DNA of 64,000 bases from contig DRMV01000021.1 of NCBI GenBank assembly GCA_011322445.1, forward strand, positions 1,629 through 65,628, read 5' to 3'. Of the stretch, positions 54,995-63,899 are shown piece by piece; the first letter of the stretch is position 1; each line of letters opens with the position of its first letter. The notes below the pieces were generated by a model. That model worked only from the letters and a program-made list of their open reading frames with translations, did not search any database and was not told where the DNA came from. Source of the stretch: Chloroflexota bacterium. Lineage in GTDB: Bacteria > Chloroflexota > Anaerolineae > Anaerolineales > DRMV01. The position numbers were made by a program, and so were the translations under genes.

Positions 54995-55891
54995 TTAGGG
55001 CTGCGGCGTAGGCGTGGGGGTCGGTGTAGGCGGTGCGGTCGCCGGCGTCGCGGTGGGAGTAGGCGTGGCGTGGGGCAGCAAGCCGTTCAGCCATTGCCAC
55101 GTGGCTTCGATGTCCTGTAAAGCCAGGTCGGGGGAAGCCGGGAGGGCCTGGGCAGCAAGGGTAAGATGGTCAGCGGCCTGCTGCAAGGCCTCGTTTTGGG
55201 CGTTGGGTTGTTGCTGGAGCCAGGCTACCGCGGCCTGCGCCCGGGCGACTTCGGCCGCGGCCAGGCCGTTGTTGTGCTGCCCAATGAGCACACGCGCGCG
55301 GGTCAGCGATTCCAGCGCCTGCAGCACCACCACTTGCATTTGCATGGCCTGGATGGTGGCTTCTTCTTGCTGCCAGGCAGTTTGCAGCGCCGCAGCAGTG
55401 GCCTGCGCGTGGGCTGCGCTGGCGTCGGCCGCGTCGAGCCGTTTGGCAAGGCTGTCTAACTGGTCGGCAAGGGCCGCGCGCTGTTTTTCCAGCGTCTCCA
55501 GGCGGGCTTGCAGCGCGTCGAGGCTGCTTTGCTGTTGCGCCACCCGTTCTGCCAGCGCTTGTTGTTGGTCGTTGAGGTGCGCCAGGTCGCCTTGCAGAGC
55601 AAGCAGGCGGTTGTTGACTTCTTCCGCGCGAGTCGCGGATTGCTGTTGCAGCGTGGCAACCTGGGCCTGCAGGGCTTCCAACGGTTGGACATAACGGCGG
55701 TAGAGGTAAGGCACGCCGAAGTACACGGCCGCGCCCAGCGCGCCGAGGATGGCTAAAATGACCAGCAGGCGCACCACGAAGCGCACCAGGGCCAGGAAGG
55801 CGCCCGACAGACGCTCGCCGAAGGAGGGCTTGGGCTCGGACGGCGCGGCGGAGGCGCTGTTTTCGGGGGTGGGGGAAGCATTTTCGCTCAT
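54995..55891 (-). CDS. membrane-anchored coiled-coil protein with PT-rich C-terminal tail
   Basis: 298 aa. One TM helix (residues about 30-55), a long Gln/Ala/Leu heptad-like region, and a C-terminal TPTPTATPATAPPTPTPTPTPQP. Confidence 0.6.
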   Translation of the reverse strand: MSENASPTPENSASAAPSEPKPSFGERLSGAFLALVRFVVRLLVILAILGALGAAVYFGVPYLYRRYVQPLEALQAQVATLQQQSATRAEEVNNRLLALQGDLAHLNDQQQALAERVAQQQSSLDALQARLETLEKQRAALADQLDSLAKRLDAADASAAHAQATAAALQTAWQQEEATIQAMQMQVVVLQALESLTRARVLIGQHNNGLAAAEVARAQAAVAWLQQQPNAQNEALQQAADHLTLAAQALPASPDLALQDIEATWQWLNGLLPHATPTPTATPATAPPTPTPTPTPQP

Positions 55892-56018
55892 GGAACACCT
55901 CGTTCAGGGTGGAAACTTACGCATTGGAATGGGTTGCGCTGGCAGTCTTTCCCTCTCTCATCCGGCGGGCGGCGTGCGAGGGGGAGAGAGGCTTCTTAGG
56001 CGCTCAACGACGCTGCGT

Positions 56019-56954
56019 TCAGGGTGTGGGTGTCGGGCTGGGGGTAGGCGTTGGGGGCTGAGGCGTGGCCGTGGGGGAGGTGGAAGGCGTCGCTGTGGGG
56101 GAAAGGCCGTTCAGCAGGTCTTGTAACCCTTGCAGGAAGGCGTTGAATTTCTCGGCGCTGGCCTGAACGGCGGCGACGGCCTCGGCCACATCGTTGACCT
56201 GCTGTTGGAGCCGCTGCTGCCCCTCAGAGAGTTGATTGACTTGTGAGGCCACGGCTTTCAGGTCGCTGACCTGGCGCTGGAGGGTCTCGGCGCGCATTTG
56301 CAGTTGGGTGATTTCCTCTTGCATGACCTGCACCTGCCGTTGGGTGGCGGCGTATTGGGCGGCGTTGGGGTAAGCGAGGGTGCCGTTGATCGCACGCAGC
56401 ACACCCAGGGAGAGGCCAAACGCCAGCAGGAAGGCCACAAAGGCGCTGGTGAGCGCCATGGCCCAGGCGCCGCGGCGGGTCACGTAGTGCCCGGCGGCGG
56501 GCGGCGGGGGAGCGGGCGCGGGTTCCGGGGGCGGGGTGTTTTCTGGAGGCGCCTCGGTTTCGGCTTCGGGGCCGGGTTCGACCGGTGGGGCGGTCTCGGC
56601 TTCGGCGGTGCCCCTGGCCTCAGCAGCGGCTTCGGGTTCGGTTGGGGCCGCTTCAGCGGTTTCTTCCCCGGCTTCGACGGCTTCGGCGGGGGTTTCCTCG
56701 GCCGGGGCTGCTTCTTCCGAGGCTGCGGGGGTTTCTTCGGCTTCGGTTGTGGCTTCCGGTAGGGTGACCGTCACCAACGGGCGGATTTTTCCCAGCACGG
56801 CCTCGGTAAAACCGGGAAGGTTTTGCAGGTCGTCCACGCTGCGCAACGGGCGCGCGGCCAGAATGCGCTCGGCCAGCACCTCACCGATGCCCGGCAGGGC
56901 GATGAGTTCTTCTTTGGTCGCACGGTTGAGGTCGAGGGGGGAATTTTCAGGCAT
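56019..56954 (-). CDS. ComEA-like helix-hairpin-helix protein fused to acidic linker, TM helix, coiled coil and PT tail
   Basis: 311 aa. N-terminal LDLNRATKEELIALPGIGEVLAERILAARP (HhH/ComEA motif), a Glu/Ala/Pro-rich spacer, a TM helix, a coiled coil, and a C-terminal PTPTPSPTPTP. AAGGAGG upstream. Confidence 0.65.
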   Translation of the reverse strand: MPENSPLDLNRATKEELIALPGIGEVLAERILAARPLRSVDDLQNLPGFTEAVLGKIRPLVTVTLPEATTEAEETPAASEEAAPAEETPAEAVEAGEETAEAAPTEPEAAAEARGTAEAETAPPVEPGPEAETEAPPENTPPPEPAPAPPPPAAGHYVTRRGAWAMALTSAFVAFLLAFGLSLGVLRAINGTLAYPNAAQYAATQRQVQVMQEEITQLQMRAETLQRQVSDLKAVASQVNQLSEGQQRLQQQVNDVAEAVAAVQASAEKFNAFLQGLQDLLNGLSPTATPSTSPTATPQPPTPTPSPTPTP

Positions 56955-57039
56955 GGTAAGCCTCCTTGGGGGGGAGAGAAGCGGTTACAGCAGGGACGCG
57001 GTTTGGCGCCGGTTTTTGCGGGCTGGCCGAAAGGGCCGG

Positions 57040-58773
57040 TCAACCGGTGCCGGAGGGTGGGTTTTGCGGGCTTTCCAGCAGGGCGCGCGCCGAGTGTAGC
57101 ATTTCGGGCGTCGAACCGCCGAGCATTTGCGCCAGTTCGCGCACGCGCGCTTCATCGGTCAGCGGGGTGACGGTGGTGGTGGTGCGGCCTTTTTGCACGG
57201 TTTTGGCGACACGGTAATGGGCATCGCCATAGGCTGCCAGTTGGGGCAGGTGGGTGATGACGAGCACCTGATGGTGGCGCGCCAGGTCGTGCAGTTTGCG
57301 CCCCACCACCGCGCCAATGCGCCCGCCGATGCCCTGGTCGATTTCGTCGAAAATCAGGGTGGGGGTGGGGTCGGCCAGGGCCAGCACTCGTTTGAGGGCC
57401 AGCATCAGGCGGGAACTTTCGCCGCCGGAGGCAATTTTGGCAAGGGGTTTGAAGCCTTCGCCCGGGTTGGGGGCGAGCAGGAATTCCACTTGGTCGATGC
57501 CCCGGTCGTCGTAGGCCACGCGTCCCCCGTTGGGGATGGGCAAGCCGTGCGGGTCGGGGCGGCGGCGGAGGTCCACCGCGAAGCGAGCGCCGGCCATACG
57601 CAGGTCTTGCAGTTCGGTTTCCACGCCGGCGGCGAGTTTTCGGGCGGCTTCCTGCCGTTTTTGGGAAAGCGCCAAAGCCTGCGCCGCGAGGTCGGTTTCC
57701 AGAGAGGTGATTTCGGCTTCCAGCGCGGCGATTTGCTCTTCGGCGTGGGTGATGTTTTCCAGTTCGTCGTGCGCCTGCGCGGCGTAGGCGAGGATTTCGG
57801 CAATGCTGCCGCCGTATTTGCGCTTCAGGTCGGCGATGAGAGCCAGGCGCTCTTCGACGGTGGCCAGGCGACGTGGGTCGAATTCCAGGGTTTCGGCGTA
57901 GTCGCGCAGGCGGCGGGTGAGGTCGGCCAGGGCTTCGGCCACATCGGCAGCCGCCGTGGCAAGGTCGGCTTGTTCGCGATCGGTTTGGGCGATGGCTTCC
58001 AGCGCGTGGCTGACTTGCCCGAAAAGGTCGGTGATGGCGGGGATGTCGGCGGTGCCTTCGTCGAGCAGGAAGACGGCTTGCCGGGTGTGTTCGGCCAGGG
58101 TTTCGGCGTGGGCAAGGCGTTCACGCTCGGCGGTGAGGCGGGCTTCTTCGTCGGGGTCGAGGCCCGCATTTTCAATTTCCTGGATTTGGAAGGCCAGGAA
58201 GTCGGCGCGGCGGGCAGCGTCGGCTTCGTTTTGTTGCAGAGCTTCCAGGCGGCGGCGGGCTTGCTGCAGCCGCCGATAGGTGGCCTGGTAGGCGGCCAGC
58301 GCGTCTTCCAGCCCGGCGAAGCGGTCGAGCAAGCGGATGTGCTCGCGCACGCGGAAAAGGGAAAGGTGTTCGGCCTGGCCGTGGATGTCAACCAGCAGGT
58401 TGCCGACGGCGCGCAGCAGGCCGAGGTTGACGGTGCGGCCGTTGATGCGGGCCAGGTTGCGCCCGTTGCGGCGGATTTCGCGCCCCAGCACCACAGTGTC
58501 GGGGGTATCCCACAAGCCTTCGGGCTCGAGCAGGGTGCGCACCGCTGCCTGTACCGGCGGTTCGAGGCGGAAGATGCCTTCCAGCACGGCGCGCTCAGCC
58601 CCCCTGCGCACCACGATGCTTTCGGCGCGCCCTCCCAGCAGAAGCATGACCGCGTCGACGATGATGGATTTACCGGCCCCTGTCTCGCCGGTAAACACCA
58701 CCAGCCCGGGGCCCAGCGGCAGTTCCAGGTTGTCGATGATGGCAAAGTTTTGAATGCGGAGTTCTTCTAACAT
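57040..58773 (-). CDS. recN: DNA repair protein RecN
   Basis: 577 aa. Walker A GETGAGKSI, long coiled coil, C-terminal SGGE signature and Walker B LIFDEID. Confidence 0.96.
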   Translation of the reverse strand: MLEELRIQNFAIIDNLELPLGPGLVVFTGETGAGKSIIVDAVMLLLGGRAESIVVRRGAERAVLEGIFRLEPPVQAAVRTLLEPEGLWDTPDTVVLGREIRRNGRNLARINGRTVNLGLLRAVGNLLVDIHGQAEHLSLFRVREHIRLLDRFAGLEDALAAYQATYRRLQQARRRLEALQQNEADAARRADFLAFQIQEIENAGLDPDEEARLTAERERLAHAETLAEHTRQAVFLLDEGTADIPAITDLFGQVSHALEAIAQTDREQADLATAAADVAEALADLTRRLRDYAETLEFDPRRLATVEERLALIADLKRKYGGSIAEILAYAAQAHDELENITHAEEQIAALEAEITSLETDLAAQALALSQKRQEAARKLAAGVETELQDLRMAGARFAVDLRRRPDPHGLPIPNGGRVAYDDRGIDQVEFLLAPNPGEGFKPLAKIASGGESSRLMLALKRVLALADPTPTLIFDEIDQGIGGRIGAVVGRKLHDLARHHQVLVITHLPQLAAYGDAHYRVAKTVQKGRTTTTVTPLTDEARVRELAQMLGGSTPEMLHSARALLESPQNPPSGTG

Positions 58774-58818
58774 GGCTGTTTTGGCGCGCTCGATGATGTG
58801 GGGTCGCGGGTGTTACTT

Positions 58819-60573
58819 CTATTCTACCGTACTTTCCCACCTCAAGAGCCTGCCGGGGCAAAGAGGCAAGGGTGCCTTGGCCGTAGGGCCGTGCCACGCC
58901 TTGAGCCGCAGGTGCATAATGAACCAACGGCACCCCGCTGTGGTTGTCAGCATGGGGTGCCGCCGTGTGTTGAAGGTTGTTGGTTGTGCCCCCACGGGGG
59001 AGAAGTGTATAGGCAACAACCCCGAGGGGGCGGGGGCGGCGGGGTCAGGCCCCCTCGGGGTCGGTGGGAAAGGGGGCGGCGGCTGGGCAAGGGGGGTGTA
59101 GTATTGGATGACGCCTTCGATGTGGTCGCCTTCGCGGGTTACGGTGATTTTGGCGATGAGGCCGCGAAGGAGTCGGCGTTGGGTTTCTTTGTCGGCGGTC
59201 TGGATGTAGTGTATCAGGCGTTCGGAGATTTGGGTGATTTCTTCGGGGGTGAGTTCGCGGGGTTCCGGTTGGGGGCGCTGGAGTTCTTGGAGTTGGGCTT
59301 CGATGACGGCTTTTTCGGTTTCCAGTTCTTTGAGTTCGGTGAGGAGGGAGGGGAGGGGGCCTGCTTGCGCTATGGCGGCGGTGATGTTGGTGATGCGTTT
59401 GCGTAGGGCGCTTTGGCGTTTGCGCAGGGCGCGGGCCTGGGCCTGGCGCTCGGCCTGGCGGCGCTGGGCGGCGGCGCGATGGGTTTGCTGGATTTGGGCG
59501 AGGTTTTCGGGGGTGAGGATGTGCCGGATGAGGGCTTCGAGGACGGCTTTTTCTAAGATGTGGCGGGGGATGCGGGGGGCATCGCAGCCGGCTTTGCGTT
59601 TGGCGCGGGTACAGCGGTAGGCTTCGTCGCGGCCTTTGCCCGGGCGGGTGGTGACGTGGCCGTAGAGAGGCGCGCCACATTGGCCGCAGTAGGCTATGCC
59701 GCTGAGCAAAAAGGGGGAGTTGACGCGGCGGGGGTGACGGCGGCCGAATCGCTCGGCGTTGTCTTCCATGATTTTTTGCACGGTGCGCCAGGTTTGCGGG
59801 GCCACAATGGGTTCGCAGTAGCCTTCGTAGGTCTCGCCGCCGTATTTCAGGATGCCAACATAGATGGGGTTGCGGAAAAAGGTGGTGTAGGCGTTGAGGG
59901 TGCGGTAGAGGTGGAGTTTGGCGTGGATTTGTGAGATGGGCGTTCCGGCGGCGCGCATTTCAAAGGCGCGGCGGATGAGGGGAACGAGGTCGGGGTCGGG
60001 TTCCCAGCGGTGGCAGATGTGTTTTGAGCCGTCACGGCGCTTGCCAATGACAACGGGGACGCGCTTGAAGCCGCGGGGCGGGGTGCCGGGAACGCAGCCG
60101 TATTGAGCAACGATGTGCCGCAGGCCGCGTTTGACATCGGTGGAGAGGTCTATGAGGAATTGCTGGTTCATCCAGTCCAGCGCCGCTTCGTAGAGGCGGC
60201 CGGCGGGGCCTTCGGGAATCTGGTCGTGCAGGGAAATGACGCGGACGCCGCGGCGGCGCAGGTCGGCGCGGTAGAACTGGGCGTCGTCTATATCGCGGGA
60301 GAAGCGGGAGTATTTCCAGATGATGAGGGCTTTTTCGGGTGCCTCGCCGCTGCGGAAGTGGCGCATCATTTGCTGGAAGCCCTCACGCCCAACGACGCTG
60401 GAGCCCGGGCGGGCTTCGTCGCGAAAGATGCGAGTAAGCGCCAGCCCGCGGGCTTCGCACCAGGCGCGGATTTCGGTTTCTTGCTGGGCAAGGGAGAGTT
60501 CTTGTTCTTCGCCGCCGCTGTCGCGGAGGTAGGCGGCAACAGGGGCCCCGGGAGGAAGTGGTTGTTCTTTCAT
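58819..60573 (-). CDS. large serine recombinase (integrase)
   Basis: Track ORF 58819..60624 trimmed to ATG 60573. Resolvase domain with AAYLRDSGGEEQ (catalytic Ser), recombinase domain, zinc ribbon CGQCGAPLYG...YRC, coiled coil. The last roughly 90 codons are Pro-rich read-through across a 12-bp-stem hairpin (59019-59061) and end inside the recN promoter region. Confidence 0.85.
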   Translation of the reverse strand: MKEQPLPPGAPVAAYLRDSGGEEQELSLAQQETEIRAWCEARGLALTRIFRDEARPGSSVVGREGFQQMMRHFRSGEAPEKALIIWKYSRFSRDIDDAQFYRADLRRRGVRVISLHDQIPEGPAGRLYEAALDWMNQQFLIDLSTDVKRGLRHIVAQYGCVPGTPPRGFKRVPVVIGKRRDGSKHICHRWEPDPDLVPLIRRAFEMRAAGTPISQIHAKLHLYRTLNAYTTFFRNPIYVGILKYGGETYEGYCEPIVAPQTWRTVQKIMEDNAERFGRRHPRRVNSPFLLSGIAYCGQCGAPLYGHVTTRPGKGRDEAYRCTRAKRKAGCDAPRIPRHILEKAVLEALIRHILTPENLAQIQQTHRAAAQRRQAERQAQARALRKRQSALRKRITNITAAIAQAGPLPSLLTELKELETEKAVIEAQLQELQRPQPEPRELTPEEITQISERLIHYIQTADKETQRRLLRGLIAKITVTREGDHIEGVIQYYTPLAQPPPPFPPTPRGPDPAAPAPSGLLPIHFSPVGAQPTTFNTRRHPMLTTTAGCRWFIMHLRLKAWHGPTAKAPLPLCPGRLLRWESTVE

Positions 60574-60622
60574 GGCAAGTTGTGGTTTTGGGGAGCGCGG
60601 GCGGGTGTTTTCAGTATAACGC

Positions 60623-60650
60623 AAAAGCCGCCCGTGAGGGGCGGCTTTTT
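60623..60650. terminator. bidirectional-type hairpin terminator upstream of the recombinase gene
   Basis: AAAAGCCGCCC-GTGA-GGGGCGGCTTTTT. It lies downstream of the 60737..61195 gene on the minus strand. Confidence 0.8.
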
Positions 60651-60736
60651 AGGCAGGAACAGGCAACAGGGTAAATATATTTGACCCGCAGAATTGGCTT
60701 GTGGGCCCTTCAGAATCAAAAAGCAGTAAAAAGGTA

Positions 60737-61195
60737 TTAGTGCCGGAAGGAATTAATAGCCGCAGAAGTATTGGCTATACTTCCCCTATCGCGGTGTTGT
60801 TCCCTAATCCTTTTAGCTTCTGGCGGCGTTATAGTAAACTTACTTCGTTGCCTATAGGGAGAGGACAGCAGACTTGGCCTTACGTAGACAATCGTCTTTT
60901 TCTTTAGGAAAGTTTCTAATTCCTTATTGATAACATCACTTTGGTGGGATGAAGACGAGGGGGGTGGGGTTTGTAGTGCAGCGGACACTAATTCTTTAAG
61001 CAATTTGTAGGTGTTTTCCCTTAAATACCCAGACGCGATGAGGAAAATAGGCCATAGCAATAAAATTATTAGACTTTTTCCGTATTGAACTGCAAGTGTG
61101 GAATTAGAATCGCCGTCAAGGTATAAAGATGCTCCCGTTACAATTCCACCCACCACGTATACATAAATCGCTCCAATAAACAAAAAACCGGGCAT
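60737..61195 (-). CDS. small membrane protein (2 TM and a basic soluble tail), unknown
   Basis: 152 aa, in the lower-GC block. No recognisable motifs. Confidence 0.5.
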   Translation of the reverse strand: MPGFLFIGAIYVYVVGGIVTGASLYLDGDSNSTLAVQYGKSLIILLLWPIFLIASGYLRENTYKLLKELVSAALQTPPPSSSSHQSDVINKELETFLKKKTIVYVRPSLLSSPYRQRSKFTITPPEAKRIREQHRDRGSIANTSAAINSFRH

Positions 61196-61756
61196 TTCCT
61201 TCTCCTTTCTTCCCTTGTGAAGTAATAAATAGCGTCAGTGGCACGGCGTGTTCATTCCACAATTTCGTTGGTGAAAAAGCACGTTGCCCTGAAAGGGCTA
61301 AAATCGCGCACGGCGTAGCCGTGTCCGCTGCACGCTGGGTTGGGCTTTGCCCAACCAAAACCTTTGTGCATTAAAAGGAGCGCGTCCCAACCATGAAGCA
61401 CCCCTTTAGCACCTACCCATTTGCTCGCGATATGCGCGCAACAACCGACAAACCTCCCTTCCTCATTTTGCGGGTGGTTTGCCTTTGTAACAACCCACGC
61501 CCGCTTGGCTTGCCGCCCTGTAAAGGGAAATCAATCGTTTTTGGCAAGCCGGCTTATGTTTGTTTGTCAAGGGGCTTTGCTCTACTTTATAAGCCGCACA
61601 GCAGATTAACTTATCGAGTATACCTCAAAATTACTTTGGCCTACTCACTTTAGCCCTGACTTTGCTTTTTCCTCAACGCATCTCTGTCTACTTTGCCATC
61701 TTTTTGCCATCCTCATCAATTATATCTTATCAGTATAAAAAAAGCATAAAAAAGCG

Positions 61757-63349
61757 TTAATGCGAGGTAATACTTGCTAAAAAAGACAGGAGTTCAGAAG
61801 CCGTTTGGGATGGCAAAGGTACTGAGGAGGGAGTGGCGCAGGGCGGTTGGAGATGTTTGCTCAGGAAAAGATATTCCAAGGAGGAAAGGTCGTTCTTGGC
61901 GTTGCGCCTGTTACGCATGAGTATTAATACGAAAAGAAGAAAGACTGTTAGGGAAGTAAGATATGGCCAGTCAATGGGCCATGAGTGCAGGAACCCTGAA
62001 AAACGGTGCATTGCCCAAGCCGCGAGCACTGCAAAAAAGATGCTCGCAGTGCTTTGGATGATGCTACCTAACAGGAAGGCACTGTTCTTTTTGTATTGCT
62101 GGTTAATGGTTATTATCCACCATAGAGCCGCGGCTCCCATAAAAAGCGGCCTAGCAAAGGTATCTATATACTCTAACGTGGCGGCAGGCTCACTGTGTAG
62201 CGGAATCCTTATTCCCCGGTAAGAGAAGTAGATAAAGGCAGTGAATGCGAACCCTATAACAATGTGCAGCAGGAAAGTGGCAGCGAGTCGGGAGCGGGAT
62301 ACTTTTGTGGGAATGTACACATAAAGCCAAATTGATATGCCCAGGGAAACCGCGGCAAGAAAGAACCACAGTATGCAGCCATGTGGGGATAAGAGAAAGG
62401 AGTTTTTGAGGCAGACTGTTTTGAAGTTTAAAGTAGGCAGGTCAAAGATGCGGAAGCGTTCAAAGTAAGGATTGGCAAGTAAATGAACAAACAATAAGGT
62501 GATAATGAAAAAGGCGCTGGGGTGCGGGTAGGCAATGCGCTTTTCTACACAGATTGCAGCAAGGGGCGATTCGGAGACCAAACGGGTCAGTTTTCTGCGG
62601 CGAGGGGGAGAAAAGCACATTTGTTGGCGAATGTTTTCAAGCCAGCGACTTTCGCTTTCCAAAAAGGCGGCTAAAATGCCGGTAAGAGTTATTGCGATAA
62701 TAGGGTACAGAAGGGGAAAAGATGTGTTTGGGCGATAGCGGTAAAACTTGAGGAAAGTGTAAGCCGTAAACCCAGCCCCGATGGCCATTAAAGCCGCCCC
62801 TAAGGTGTGGGTTATCTCATGTAAGTAGCGGTGACGCCGGTAGAAAAGCGTGCCGCCCTTCTCTTCTGAGGCTAATTCGGTAAATATAAACTCTAAGTAG
62901 CGGGCTTTGAAGCCGTGCTCCGCTTTATAAAGAGGGTGGGAAAGGATGAACAGCCGCCACGGCTCGTCACGCAGTAAAACAGTTTGAGCGCTTCCTTTCC
63001 CCATGTTTTTCAGGGATTGGTTGAGGTCTGCCATTATGCCGGGTGCCAGCGCGGTGAATCCACGCCGGGCTATTGGGCTACTCCAGCGCAGGTAATAGTA
63101 CAGTTGGTAAATGATCAGCCCAATGGGAACGCCTGTTGTAAGCAAAAGGGCTGCCAAGACGGGGTCCATTGAGGAAAGCCTTTTGAGAAAAGAGGCTGGG
63201 TCGGGGTATATGCAGAGTTGTTGTTGGGCGCATGTAAAAGTGTCAACAGCAATGAAGAAGAAAAAAGAAAATACAGCAAGCCACCCGGGAATTACCCAGC
63301 GCCCTAATTTGGTCAGATCTGTATGTTGCTGTTCTGCAGAGTCTGCCAT
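61757..63349 (-). CDS. large polytopic membrane protein (about 12 TM), unknown
   Basis: 530 aa with AT-richer codon usage. No recognisable motifs. Confidence 0.6.
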   Translation of the reverse strand: MADSAEQQHTDLTKLGRWVIPGWLAVFSFFFFIAVDTFTCAQQQLCIYPDPASFLKRLSSMDPVLAALLLTTGVPIGLIIYQLYYYLRWSSPIARRGFTALAPGIMADLNQSLKNMGKGSAQTVLLRDEPWRLFILSHPLYKAEHGFKARYLEFIFTELASEEKGGTLFYRRHRYLHEITHTLGAALMAIGAGFTAYTFLKFYRYRPNTSFPLLYPIIAITLTGILAAFLESESRWLENIRQQMCFSPPRRRKLTRLVSESPLAAICVEKRIAYPHPSAFFIITLLFVHLLANPYFERFRIFDLPTLNFKTVCLKNSFLLSPHGCILWFFLAAVSLGISIWLYVYIPTKVSRSRLAATFLLHIVIGFAFTAFIYFSYRGIRIPLHSEPAATLEYIDTFARPLFMGAAALWWIITINQQYKKNSAFLLGSIIQSTASIFFAVLAAWAMHRFSGFLHSWPIDWPYLTSLTVFLLFVLILMRNRRNAKNDLSSLEYLFLSKHLQPPCATPSSVPLPSQTASELLSFLASITSH

Positions 63350-63370
63350 GTTTTCCCCGTTTACTATGTT

Positions 63371-63844
63371 TTAGAACTGAGTGACTTCAGCAGTTGCATC
63401 CTTGGTGATGAGGGCCGTCCACATAAATCCCGTTACAGTGTTCAGCCGGCATCGCCACCAAAAGCCTTCGTCGGACGTGAGAGGGAAGGCGAATGCTGCG
63501 GAGAGCAGGAAGTGGGCATCGCGCATGTAGAGGAAGTGAAGGATGGGTTTATCCAGGGGGTTGAATTCGTTATTGCCTTTTTTGTCGTATTCTTCACGAA
63601 TTTCCTTGGCTTGTTGTTGCGCTTCCTCTGCTTTTTGAGCAAACAATAGGCGCATTGGGCTCCCTTGCTTTTGTTCGGCGGCAAGGCCCTGATAATATTC
63701 AATAGGGCTAACAAGGTGGCCTGCGATGAGCATGCTGCCAGTGCTTATTGTTATCGGGATGTCTATTCCTTTGTCGTAATTGAGCAGTATAAACAACGCT
63801 ACCTGAAGGAGCAAAGGGTCGTAATCTAAGAGCATTGAAGGCAT
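63371..63844 (-). CDS. hypothetical protein, possibly GvpU-like fold
   Basis: 157 aa. IPITISTGSMLIAGHLVSPIEYYQGL and HFLYMRDAHFL...FWWRCRLNTVTGFMW resemble, from memory, the two conserved blocks of GvpU-type accessory proteins. GGAGGT upstream. Confidence 0.35.
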   Translation of the reverse strand: MPSMLLDYDPLLLQVALFILLNYDKGIDIPITISTGSMLIAGHLVSPIEYYQGLAAEQKQGSPMRLLFAQKAEEAQQQAKEIREEYDKKGNNEFNPLDKPILHFLYMRDAHFLLSAAFAFPLTSDEGFWWRCRLNTVTGFMWTALITKDATAEVTQF

Positions 63845-63899
63845 TGGGGAAGTACCTCCGACGGCGAGCGGTATGCCAAGCCTCTGGGCGAGGCGCGAT

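Noticed and set aside
61393-61653. 86-aa plus-strand ORF in the island's non-coding gap, with AAGGAG upstream
   Set aside because: The SD-to-ATG spacing is about 12 nt. The composition is Cys/Pro/Leu-rich and junk-like, and the orientation is opposite to all neighbours. The region is kept only as a candidate non-coding element.
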